From: Candidatus Poribacteria bacterium
GTDB taxonomy: Bacteria > Poribacteria > WGA-4E > WGA-3G
Reading direction: 5' to 3'
Length of the DNA: 64,000 bases
Assembly: GCA_964291315.2 (NCBI GenBank)
Contig: OZ219753.1
Coordinates: 1,440,001 to 1,504,000, forward strand
Shown here: piece after piece, positions 37,960 to 46,177 of the stretch
Layout: each line of letters begins with the position of its first letter
Position numbering within the stretch: the stretch's first letter is position 1
Made by a program: the position numbers and the translations under genes
Notes under the pieces: model-generated
The model's database searches: none
What the model saw: the letters and a program-made list of their open reading frames with translations, nothing else
Told to the model about the DNA's origin: nothing

Positions 37960-38784
37960 ATGTCAAAAAAACAGATAAATGTTTTGGTTTTCGGGGCCCA
38001 TCCCGACGATTGTGATATTAAAGCTGGCGGTGTCGCTGCACTGTATATGCAACAAGGGCATCGTGTTAAATTTGTTTCAGTTACAAACGGCGATGCTGGA
38101 CACCACGAAATGGGCGGCGCTCCCTTAGCACAACGCCGACACGCGGAAGCACAAGCCGCAGCCGAAGTTGTCGGCATCGAATATGAGTTGTTGGACAATC
38201 ACGACGGCGAACTAATGCCAACGTTAGAAAACCGTTATAAAATTATCCGCACGATTCGTGAATTCGGCCCGGATCTAATTATGACACATCGACCGAACGA
38301 TTACCATCCGGATCACCGGTACACCTCAACGTTGGTGCAGGATGCAGCATATATGGTTACCGTTCCGAATGTCTGTGCACTTACACCGCATCTGGAGAAA
38401 AACCCTGTTATTGCCTATCTTAGCGACGGTTTCATGAAGCCATATCCATTCACACCGGATGTTGTTGTTGGTATTGATACTGTTATTGAGCAGAAAATTG
38501 ATATGCTTCACTGCCATGTATCGCAGTTCTACGAGTGGCTTCCATACAATAGTGGAACGCTGAACAGTGTTCCTGCTGCTGATTCGGCACGCCGAGCATG
38601 GCTCGCCGAAGGACGTTTAAGGCGTTTTCGCGACCTAGCCGACCAATACCGAGATTTGCTAATAGCACGTTATGGTGAAGAGTCAGGCTTGCAAATTGAA
38701 TATGCTGAGGCGTTTGAAGGGTCTGAATACGGCTCACCACTGACTGCAGAAAATACCCTTGCCCTCTTTCCATTTTTCCAATAA
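37960..38784 (+). CDS. PIG-L/LmbE family deacetylase
   Basis: GAHPDDCD, TNGDAG, HPDHR, CHVSQ, YAEAF. Confidence 0.9.
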   Translation: MSKKQINVLVFGAHPDDCDIKAGGVAALYMQQGHRVKFVSVTNGDAGHHEMGGAPLAQRRHAEAQAAAEVVGIEYELLDNHDGELMPTLENRYKIIRTIREFGPDLIMTHRPNDYHPDHRYTSTLVQDAAYMVTVPNVCALTPHLEKNPVIAYLSDGFMKPYPFTPDVVVGIDTVIEQKIDMLHCHVSQFYEWLPYNSGTLNSVPAADSARRAWLAEGRLRRFRDLADQYRDLLIARYGEESGLQIEYAEAFEGSEYGSPLTAENTLALFPFFQ

Positions 38785-38803
38785 GGAGTTTTGTTTTAGC
38801 CAC

Positions 38804-39064
38804 ATGCCAACAGAACAAGCCAGTGCAAGGACGCTTATGATTATCGTTAGCGTTATCGGTCTGATTTTTGCGATTGTAATGGTTATTCTCTTTTTCAATG
38901 CCGCACCCGCCCGTTCTAATATTGAGGTACATCGGACTTCGGCGGAAGACGCTGAATGTCTGAAGTGTCATCTCAGAGGCGATGAAACATCACCGACGAT
39001 GCCGCATCTAAATCTTGGCAAATGCGATCTGTGCCACGGACTCTCGAAAGAGGAGCCGCGTTAG
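38804..39064 (+). CDS. Small membrane-anchored diheme c-type cytochrome
   Basis: N-terminal TM helix; CLKCH and CDLCH heme motifs separated by PTMPH. Confidence 0.7.
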   Translation: MPTEQASARTLMIIVSVIGLIFAIVMVILFFNAAPARSNIEVHRTSAEDAECLKCHLRGDETSPTMPHLNLGKCDLCHGLSKEEPR

Positions 39065-39067
39065 ACA

Positions 39068-39976
39068 TTAGACGTGATGCCGATGTGCAGGCGCAGATTG
39101 CAGAACCGCTTTGATGCCTACCCAAGTGATACTGTTTTCTGTTTCCTGTACAACCTCAAGACATCGAAATTGATTCGCGTCCAAAATAGATTCAACTTTT
39201 GCAAGTTCTGTATCCAGTATCCCAGAGAAGATAACACATCCGGCGTGGTACAGCCGTGAAGCACAGGTTGGAATAATCGGGAGAATCACCTCGGTTAAAA
39301 TATTTCCGATAATGAGGTCGTATTTCCGCTCCACGCCCTTGAGCCCATCGCAGCGAAATAAGTGGACTCGCTGTGTAACACCGTTAGTTTCAAAATTCGC
39401 CGCTGCCACGGGAATAGCTGTTGGGTCGAGTTCAATCGCATCAACCTGTTTTGCTCCCAATTTCACAGCAGCAATGCTTAATATACCAGAGCCCGTTCCT
39501 ATGTCGGCGACAGAGGCGTGTGTTTCAATCGAGCCCTCTAATAGCTCGAGAGACAGGCGAGTAGTCGGATGCTGGCCGGTTCCAAATGCCATGCCGGGGT
39601 CAAGTTGAATTACAGCGTCCGTTTTGTTTTGAGGTACATTGCCCCACGTTGGTGTGATGAGGATCCGTTTTCCGACCCGCCGCGGTAAAAAAGATGCTCT
39701 CCATGCTTCTTCCCAATTCTCGGATTTGATGGTAGTTAAATCGACAATGGCGGGGGATGCCTGGATCCCCCAACCCGGAAGTTCCGAAAGGAGATCGTGG
39801 ATCCTTTCCATCCGTTTATCGGCCTGGTCATCTAACGGATAATAGGCGATGATTTTGACAGTAGAAGGGTCGCTCTCTTGGAGTTCAACGCCTGTCGCAT
39901 TCAATTCAAAGAGACAACTGGCCACTGCCTCAGATGCCTCTGTGGAGGTAGTTACCGTGATTTTTTCCCAATTCAT
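39068..39976 (-). CDS. prmA: Ribosomal protein L11 methyltransferase
   Basis: ENWEEAW, LDPGMAFGTGQHPTT, DIGTGSGILS; directly follows dnaJ. Confidence 0.92.
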   Translation of the reverse strand: MNWEKITVTTSTEASEAVASCLFELNATGVELQESDPSTVKIIAYYPLDDQADKRMERIHDLLSELPGWGIQASPAIVDLTTIKSENWEEAWRASFLPRRVGKRILITPTWGNVPQNKTDAVIQLDPGMAFGTGQHPTTRLSLELLEGSIETHASVADIGTGSGILSIAAVKLGAKQVDAIELDPTAIPVAAANFETNGVTQRVHLFRCDGLKGVERKYDLIIGNILTEVILPIIPTCASRLYHAGCVIFSGILDTELAKVESILDANQFRCLEVVQETENSITWVGIKAVLQSAPAHRHHV

Positions 39977-40030
39977 TTCACTGCTCGTAAACATCTCGTA
40001 CACTGTCCGAGAACGGATTATTTATGCGAC

Positions 40031-41146
40031 TTATTCGTCAGTATCGTGGCGGCCGAGCAACTTGTCAAAAAAACCACCATTTTTGCTGTGATGAGGTTCC
40101 CCACGCAGTTTTGCGAATTCTTCTAACTTTTCACGTTCAGCTGCATTTAGGTTCTTTGGTGTTTCGATTTCTATGGAGACAATCAGATCCCCCCTATGGG
40201 TACGTCTGTAATGCGGAACGCCTTTGTTGGGAATCCGGAGTTGGGCACCGTACTGCGTGCCGGGGGGGATTTCTAACACTTCGGACCCATCAATCGCATC
40301 GACTTTGATCTTCCCTCCGAGTGCTGCTTGAATAAACGAAATTCTGGCGGATGTAAAGAGGTCGTCTTGATCGCGTTGGAAACGTTTATGCGGCGTAACA
40401 TTAATCACGACAAACAGGTCCCCGGGGGGCGCACCGTTCGCCCCAGCTTCACCTTCGCTATGCAACTGGTACTTGAAACCGGTATCTACGCCTTTTTCAA
40501 TATTGAGTTTGATATCGGTTGTATTTTGGACAAGACCTCTTCCGTTACAAGGTGGGCATGGATCTTGTACGACTTCTCCTTTGCCTTGACAATTAGGGCA
40601 GGTTCGAGATATTGAAAACAGGCCTTGGGATTGGCTGATCTGGCCTCTGCCATAGCATTGCGGGCATGTTACAGGGCTTGTTCCCTCTTTAGCACCACTA
40701 CCGGTGCACGACGGGCAAGATTCGATGCGCGGTACCTGAATTGTGACCTGCTTGCCGTGGATAACGTCCTCAAGTGAGACCTTAAGATCGTATTGTAAGT
40801 CTCGCCCGCGTTTAGGCGTTCGCCGGGTCGCCCCGAATCCACCGAGCAGGTCTCCAAAAATGTCTCCAAAAACTTCGTCAAAGTTCACCCCAAAGCCTCC
40901 GAGATCGCTGCCTCTGCCTTCCAATCCGGCGTGTCCAAATCTATCATAAAGTTGCCGTTTTTCAGGCGTACAGAGAACCTCGTAAGCTTCTGTCGCTTCT
41001 TTGAATTTGTTTTCGGCTTCCATATCTCCAGGATTTTTATCTGGATGAAATTTAATGGCGAGTTTGCGATAAGCCTTCTTTATCTCATCTTCATCAGCTT
41101 CACGTGTCACGTTCAGTATCTCATAATAATCGCGTTTTTGAGTCAT
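40031..41146 (-). CDS. dnaJ: Chaperone DnaJ
   Basis: J-domain HPD motif, G/F-rich linker, four CxxCxGxG repeats. Confidence 0.97.
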   Translation of the reverse strand: MTQKRDYYEILNVTREADEDEIKKAYRKLAIKFHPDKNPGDMEAENKFKEATEAYEVLCTPEKRQLYDRFGHAGLEGRGSDLGGFGVNFDEVFGDIFGDLLGGFGATRRTPKRGRDLQYDLKVSLEDVIHGKQVTIQVPRIESCPSCTGSGAKEGTSPVTCPQCYGRGQISQSQGLFSISRTCPNCQGKGEVVQDPCPPCNGRGLVQNTTDIKLNIEKGVDTGFKYQLHSEGEAGANGAPPGDLFVVINVTPHKRFQRDQDDLFTSARISFIQAALGGKIKVDAIDGSEVLEIPPGTQYGAQLRIPNKGVPHYRRTHRGDLIVSIEIETPKNLNAAEREKLEEFAKLRGEPHHSKNGGFFDKLLGRHDTDE

Positions 41147-41166
41147 CGGTCCTACCTTCCTATTGA

Positions 41167-42003
41167 CTACTCACCGGCATCAGCGTCACTGTTGTTTGTG
41201 CGTTCATCGACTTTTTCTGGGTCTGGCGGTCCCTGCGAAACGACTACTTGTGAGGCACGTAGAATGCGGGTGTGCAACATATACCCGCGTCGGAACTCTT
41301 CAATTACTTTACCCTCTGCGACGGCATCTGAGGGAACAGCCATCAGTGCCTCATGCCGATACGGATCAAACGATTTACCAGCAGCCTCAATCGGGGTGAG
41401 TCCGTGGTTTTTGAGCGAATCGAGCAGCTGCTTGTGAACCAATTGTACACCTTCCTTGAAGGTAGCAAGCTCCGATTGAGTATCGCTGCTTTCTACTTTT
41501 CCGTTGATACTTTGCATTGCGGCTTCGAGACTATCAAGCACCGGCACCATTCCTTCCAAAATTTCTTCGTTAGCGAATTTAAGCTTTCGCTGATAATCAG
41601 TTTCCATGCGTTTTTTGGTGTTTTCAGCCTCAGCAGCTGTCCGGAGCAGAAGGTCACGTTCAGCTTTATATTCGTCGTGAACGTGTTGCACAGCGGTCTC
41701 CACCTCTTTTTCTAGCTCTATACGAAACAGTTCCTCCCGTTCAACTTCATATTGATTGTGCACATGTTCAACGATCTCCACCACTTCTTCCGTGACTTTT
41801 GAGTTGAGATTAGTGGACATTTCTTCAACAGGCTTGATGTGTGACTCTATCTCCTTTTTTACCTCCGATTTGATCGTGTCAAGTGCTGTCTCTGCGATTT
41901 CACGTAGACGTATGATGAATGTTTTTTCTTCACACTCGTCAGAATCGTTGTCTGGAGTGGATTCTATTTCTGCCTGTATTTGTACCTCTTTAGTGTCAGC
42001 CAT
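41167..42003 (-). CDS. grpE: Nucleotide exchange factor GrpE with extended N-terminal coiled coil
   Basis: [39 protein letters not shown]. Confidence 0.9.
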   Translation of the reverse strand: MADTKEVQIQAEIESTPDNDSDECEEKTFIIRLREIAETALDTIKSEVKKEIESHIKPVEEMSTNLNSKVTEEVVEIVEHVHNQYEVEREELFRIELEKEVETAVQHVHDEYKAERDLLLRTAAEAENTKKRMETDYQRKLKFANEEILEGMVPVLDSLEAAMQSINGKVESSDTQSELATFKEGVQLVHKQLLDSLKNHGLTPIEAAGKSFDPYRHEALMAVPSDAVAEGKVIEEFRRGYMLHTRILRASQVVVSQGPPDPEKVDERTNNSDADAGE

Positions 42004-42073
42004 AATCAAGTCCTTTTTATTTTAGTCTGTTTGTTTCTGTCGATTACAAATCCAATTTCTAGCGATATTTCGC

Positions 42074-42802
42074 TTAACCGTGAACGGCATCAGCGAACGC
42101 TTTCATCAATTCAAAAGAGCCATTTTCTTCAAGAATGTTGCCTGTTACGACAAAATCGGTGCCTGCTGCCACCTTTTTCGCAGCAATTTCGGGGGTGCGG
42201 ATGCCACCGCCAACAATTAACGGGATACTGATTTGCGCTTTCACTGTAGAGATCATCTCGTTTGGAACCGGATGGGTTGCACCGCTGCCTGCCTCTAAGT
42301 ACACCATCTGCATACCGAGATATTCTGCAGCTAAGGCGTGCGGGCCTGCTATGTCGGGTTTATTGCGCGGAATAGGTATTGTCCCACTCATAAATTCAAC
42401 TGCAGTTCTGTTTCCGCCCTCGATTAACATGTAACCCGTGGAGATGGGTTCGAGTCCGTGGTGCTGTATCCACGGGGCAGCTTTAACTTGTTCACCGATG
42501 AGATAGTTTGGGTTGCGTCCACTGATAAGACTCGTGTAGAGGATAGCATCCGCGTGGGGTGTCAAGTGCATCGAGTCACCAGGGAAGAGCACAACCGGAA
42601 GTCCTGTCTCTTGCTTGATGGCTTCTGCAATCGGATCTAAATCGTTCGTTAGAAAACTACCGCCCAATAAAATCGCATCTGCCCCTGCTTCTTCAATCTC
42701 ATGTGCAAGTTTCGCGCATTTTGCGACCTTGCACTGCTCCGGATCGAGCAAGACAAAATAGCCGGCCTTATGCCTTTTCAGAGCCTCGTTGAAGTGGTTC
42801 AT
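42074..42802 (-). CDS. Geranylgeranylglyceryl-phosphate synthase (GGGPS/PcrB family, group II-like)
   Basis: VLLDP, ILLGGS, PVVLFPG, SLISGRNPNYLIG, YLEAGSGA, LIVGGGIR. Start uncertain (42802 or 42820). Confidence 0.88.
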   Translation of the reverse strand: MNHFNEALKRHKAGYFVLLDPEQCKVAKCAKLAHEIEEAGADAILLGGSFLTNDLDPIAEAIKQETGLPVVLFPGDSMHLTPHADAILYTSLISGRNPNYLIGEQVKAAPWIQHHGLEPISTGYMLIEGGNRTAVEFMSGTIPIPRNKPDIAGPHALAAEYLGMQMVYLEAGSGATHPVPNEMISTVKAQISIPLIVGGGIRTPEIAAKKVAAGTDFVVTGNILEENGSFELMKAFADAVHG

Positions 42803-42912
42803 TACCCAATTTGATCTCAAATGCGGTCATCCCTTTTAACCGTGCTAAGTCCACACTCACATATTGCCCTTTCCGGAAGGATTTGCACGCTCTCTACTTC
42901 CCTCATAACAAA

Positions 42913-42941
42913 ATTTTACCATATTTACGCTGATTTGTCAA
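42913..42941 (-). promoter_or_regulatory. Sigma70-type promoter upstream of the GGGPS-grpE-dnaJ-prmA run
   Basis: TTGACAaatcagcgtaaataTGgTAAAAT (17-nt spacer, extended -10). Confidence 0.6.
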
Positions 42942-43089
42942 ATTCTATTACCCCGGAGGAATACAAAATAAGCTTCTTCTTATCGGGGTCCCCTCTTATC
43001 CGTTCGCGTCGATTTCTCTTCTTGTAGGATTTCCGGGCAGAGACCTCTTCTTTCTCTATCCAAGAAACCGAAAACTGCATTGGCGTTTG

Positions 43090-43938
43090 TCATAGCAGTA
43101 TCCCGATGTAGATTGCACCAAGACCCACAAATATGTCCCATTTCATCCAACGTTGAATGGATGCACAGCTTTCGCTTGAAGCATCACGCAGCAACCGAAT
43201 TGCTAATCCAATAAGTACTAAATCAACACCGATAACTACCCCAAACAGATAGTGCCACGAGTACCATCCGAATAGGTATGGAACAGGACTAAATACGATA
43301 ACAAGTGCCATGAAACCGAGGGCTGCTCCCACAGCAAGCCGTGGATTAAGAATAGCAAGCGTTTTGACACTGTTTTTCAAATCGCCCTCTATATCCTCAA
43401 TATCTTTGATAATTTCCCTCGCCGCTGTGAATAGGAACGCAAAGATCGCCGGAACAAGTGTGCCGTGCACCGAATCTATCGCTACACCACTGCCAATGAA
43501 GGTTAAACCTGCCAAACTGCCGACGACTAAATTTCCCACAAAAGGAACACGTTTCAGCCAGAAAGCGTAACAGATAAGCGCAAGAGATACGAGAATGGCA
43601 ATACTTGCAGCGTTGCTGTTAATAAGTGTTCCGAACCAAATACCGACTGCAATGAGAATTAGTGCGAAAATCAGGGCGTGTGACCTCTGAATTCGCCCGG
43701 AAGGCAGGGGTCTCCGCGGACGATTAATCCTGTCTATGTTGTAATCACAGTAATCGTTTATAGCGTTTCCTGCGGATAGAAGACATAGCGCTGAAACAGA
43801 AACTAGCAGGATCCGAACATCCAAAAGATCCTCCGTGCGCCCTTGACTCGCAAATACCCCGCCCAGCCATGCGGAGACAAAAGCGATGAGTCCGTTGAGC
43901 GGTCGTGCTAGTTCAAGATAAGCGATCCCTGTTTTCAC
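43090..43938 (-). CDS. UbiA-family prenyltransferase, digeranylgeranylglyceryl-phosphate synthase (DGGGPS)-like
   Basis: ELARPLN, AGNAINDYCDYNIDRINRPRRPLPSGRI, YAFWLKRVPFVGN, AREIIKDIEDIEGD. Confidence 0.82.
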   Translation of the reverse strand: MKTGIAYLELARPLNGLIAFVSAWLGGVFASQGRTEDLLDVRILLVSVSALCLLSAGNAINDYCDYNIDRINRPRRPLPSGRIQRSHALIFALILIAVGIWFGTLINSNAASIAILVSLALICYAFWLKRVPFVGNLVVGSLAGLTFIGSGVAIDSVHGTLVPAIFAFLFTAAREIIKDIEDIEGDLKNSVKTLAILNPRLAVGAALGFMALVIVFSPVPYLFGWYSWHYLFGVVIGVDLVLIGLAIRLLRDASSESCASIQRWMKWDIFVGLGAIYIGILL

Positions 43939-44024
43939 TGTCTGAAGCCCATCAGTTGCTTGAGTCGTTCAGCCCGTTAAGGATAACAAAAGCCGAATCC
44001 TTTTTTATAGCATTCTATAAATAG

Positions 44025-44405
44025 GACGAGTGTTCCGAACCAGTAAAGGTGACGCGGTAACAGAATGGCCGAACGAAAAGTTAATATGAGAATACCGATT
44101 CGTGTTGTCCAAGTGGCGATGTTTTGTTTGGGTCGGATGTTCATAGCGGGGCAAGAGCTGCAATGAGATCGGCCAATCTCCAATAGCATGACCACCTTTT
44201 AGGTCAGGAAATATTGTAGTGAGGTTGTAAATCAGTATTAATGCATGTATGGGGAAAGTGACACAGGCATAATTACAGTTAGTGCTTGTGAAGATATACT
44301 GCTATGATGGAATGGTAAAAGGAGGCACAGCCGAACCGAAAGAGACGGGTCCAAAATTGCTAAGGTATTTACACTTCGTGGTGTTTTGTCTCCAGTGGTG
44401 TCCCT
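44025..44405 (-). pseudogene. Degraded fragments resembling the adjacent DGGGPS gene
   Basis: DTTGDKTPRSVNTLAILDPSLSV versus DIEGDLKNSVKTLAILNPRLAV; TGGTTCGGAACACT (WFGTL) present in both. Confidence 0.5.
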
Positions 44406-45453
44406 ACGAGGCATCCTCCGATTCTTGAATTTTTGCTTCAAGTTCAGCGACCCGTTTTTGAAGTTTAGTGAGTGCTCGGATCAGTTCTGGCAACTTACGA
44501 GTAGCAGCGTGAATTCGCAATTCCTGTTTATGAGGGCGCGCGGGGAATCCGGAAAGATGGCTTCCAGCCGGCATATCCTTGGTGACCGCGGACTTGGCGT
44601 AAACTATACTGTCGTCACCGAGTGTTAAATGTCCTGCAGCACCTGCATGTCCGGCGATATTTACGCGGTCACCGAGTATAGTGCTCCCGGCGATACCGGC
44701 TTGGGCTGCAAGACAGCAGTCTTCTCCAATGACGACGTTGTGCGCGATCTGAACGAGGTTATCCAGTTTAGTACCTCGTTTGATAAGGGTTTCAGAAAGT
44801 GTTGCTCTATCGATGGTAGTATTCGCGCCGATCTCGACATCATCCTCAATCACGACGGTGCCGATCTGCGGGATCTTATGATGTCGGTTGCTAACCGGCG
44901 CGAATCCGAAACCGTCGCTGCCGATAACAGCACCACAGTGGATGATGACCCGATCACCGATAGTTACCTCTTCACGGATACTAACGTGTGGATAGATAAG
45001 CCCATCAGCCCCTATTTTACTACCTTCACCGATGTAGGCGAACGGCTGAATGACGGTATTATCTCCGATTTCAACGCTATCGGCTATATAGGCGAACGCT
45101 TGAATCGAGACATCCACGCCAAGTTTAACGTTCTTTCCGATAATAGCAGTTTCATGGATGCCCGGGAGCGCGCGATGGTCTTTGTCCCATGAGAACATTT
45201 CCAAAACTCTGACAAAGGCCCAATATGGATTTTCAACACGAATCGTCGGCTTTCCGTTGTTACCACTGACGCCCTGACCAATGATAATCGCACCGGCTTG
45301 TGTGGTTGCTATAGCAGCGAGATACTTCGGGTGAGCAACAAAAGTAATTTGAGTCGGAAGTGCTTCTTTAATTCCAGAGACTCCCGTAATTTCAATATCG
45401 CCGTCCCCAGAGAGGTCGCCATCTAGGTGTTCACAAATTTCCTTGAGTTTCAT
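44404..45453 (-). CDS. lpxD: UDP-3-O-acyl-glucosamine N-acyltransferase
   Basis: Hexapeptide repeats; IGSDGFGF, KIPQIGTVVIEDDVEIGANTTIDR, KLDNLVQIAHNV. Confidence 0.95.
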   Translation of the reverse strand: MKLKEICEHLDGDLSGDGDIEITGVSGIKEALPTQITFVAHPKYLAAIATTQAGAIIIGQGVSGNNGKPTIRVENPYWAFVRVLEMFSWDKDHRALPGIHETAIIGKNVKLGVDVSIQAFAYIADSVEIGDNTVIQPFAYIGEGSKIGADGLIYPHVSIREEVTIGDRVIIHCGAVIGSDGFGFAPVSNRHHKIPQIGTVVIEDDVEIGANTTIDRATLSETLIKRGTKLDNLVQIAHNVVIGEDCCLAAQAGIAGSTILGDRVNIAGHAGAAGHLTLGDDSIVYAKSAVTKDMPAGSHLSGFPARPHKQELRIHAATRKLPELIRALTKLQKRVAELEAKIQESEDAS

Positions 45454-45527
45454 ACCTTTTAGCCGTAATCCTTTCTCCATAGACTTGACTGATTTCAGCC
45501 ATGTTACGGAGTTGAGGCGGTGGAGCG

Positions 45528-46088
45528 TTATTCAGCGCTTTCAGCAGTTTCTTCGTTCATCAAGCCGATTAACCGCTGTGTCAAATCAAATTTTTCTTTC
45601 ACATAGAGTGTAATAAGACGTTTTTCGAGAATGATGTCAAAATTTTCAGCTTCACCGACTTTGATGATGAGTTCTTGGAGGCTACTGTAAATGGGCTCCA
45701 TCAACTTTTGTTCTTCTTCAAGCAGGCCTTGTTGTCCTATTTCGACTGCCCGTTGGTATTCCTGCTGTTTGAGGCGAATCTCGTTATCTAAACCCGCTGT
45801 CTGCGCCTTTTCGACAAAGAGCTCGGTTTTTATCTTTTTTTCTTGCAAGGTTTGTATGTCGTTAGCAAGTTTGCCCAAGTTCGCCTTTAATTGTTCACTT
45901 GCCGCTTTGAGGATCCCTGTGGCATCTGTCGCTTGTTTAGAGCCCTCTAAAACTAATTGGGTGTTCACTACGCCGATTTTAAAGGATTCTTGCCCGATGC
46001 TTCCCGAGCTCAAACAAAAAGCAGCGAGAAAAACTGCGAATAATAGAGTTAAACGTGCTTGGCAAGCACGCAGCCGAATTGATTTCAT
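45528..46088 (-). CDS. skp: OmpH/Skp outer-membrane chaperone
   Basis: Signal peptide, KIGVVNTQ, coiled coil, FDIIL...DLTQRLI; lies between bamA and lpxD. Confidence 0.85.
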   Translation of the reverse strand: MKSIRLRACQARLTLLFAVFLAAFCLSSGSIGQESFKIGVVNTQLVLEGSKQATDATGILKAASEQLKANLGKLANDIQTLQEKKIKTELFVEKAQTAGLDNEIRLKQQEYQRAVEIGQQGLLEEEQKLMEPIYSSLQELIIKVGEAENFDIILEKRLITLYVKEKFDLTQRLIGLMNEETAESAE

Positions 46089-46177
46089 AATTAAGTCCTC
46101 TGTTTTGAAAATGATATTGATAACTTCGTCTCCTGAAATTGGCGAAGACACCTACAAAACAGGTGTCTATCGTCCGG

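Noticed and set aside
42825-42850. CIRCE-like half site (TTAGCAC on minus strand) upstream of the grpE-dnaJ run
   Set aside because: No matching second half-site 9 nt away, and no hrcA in the window.
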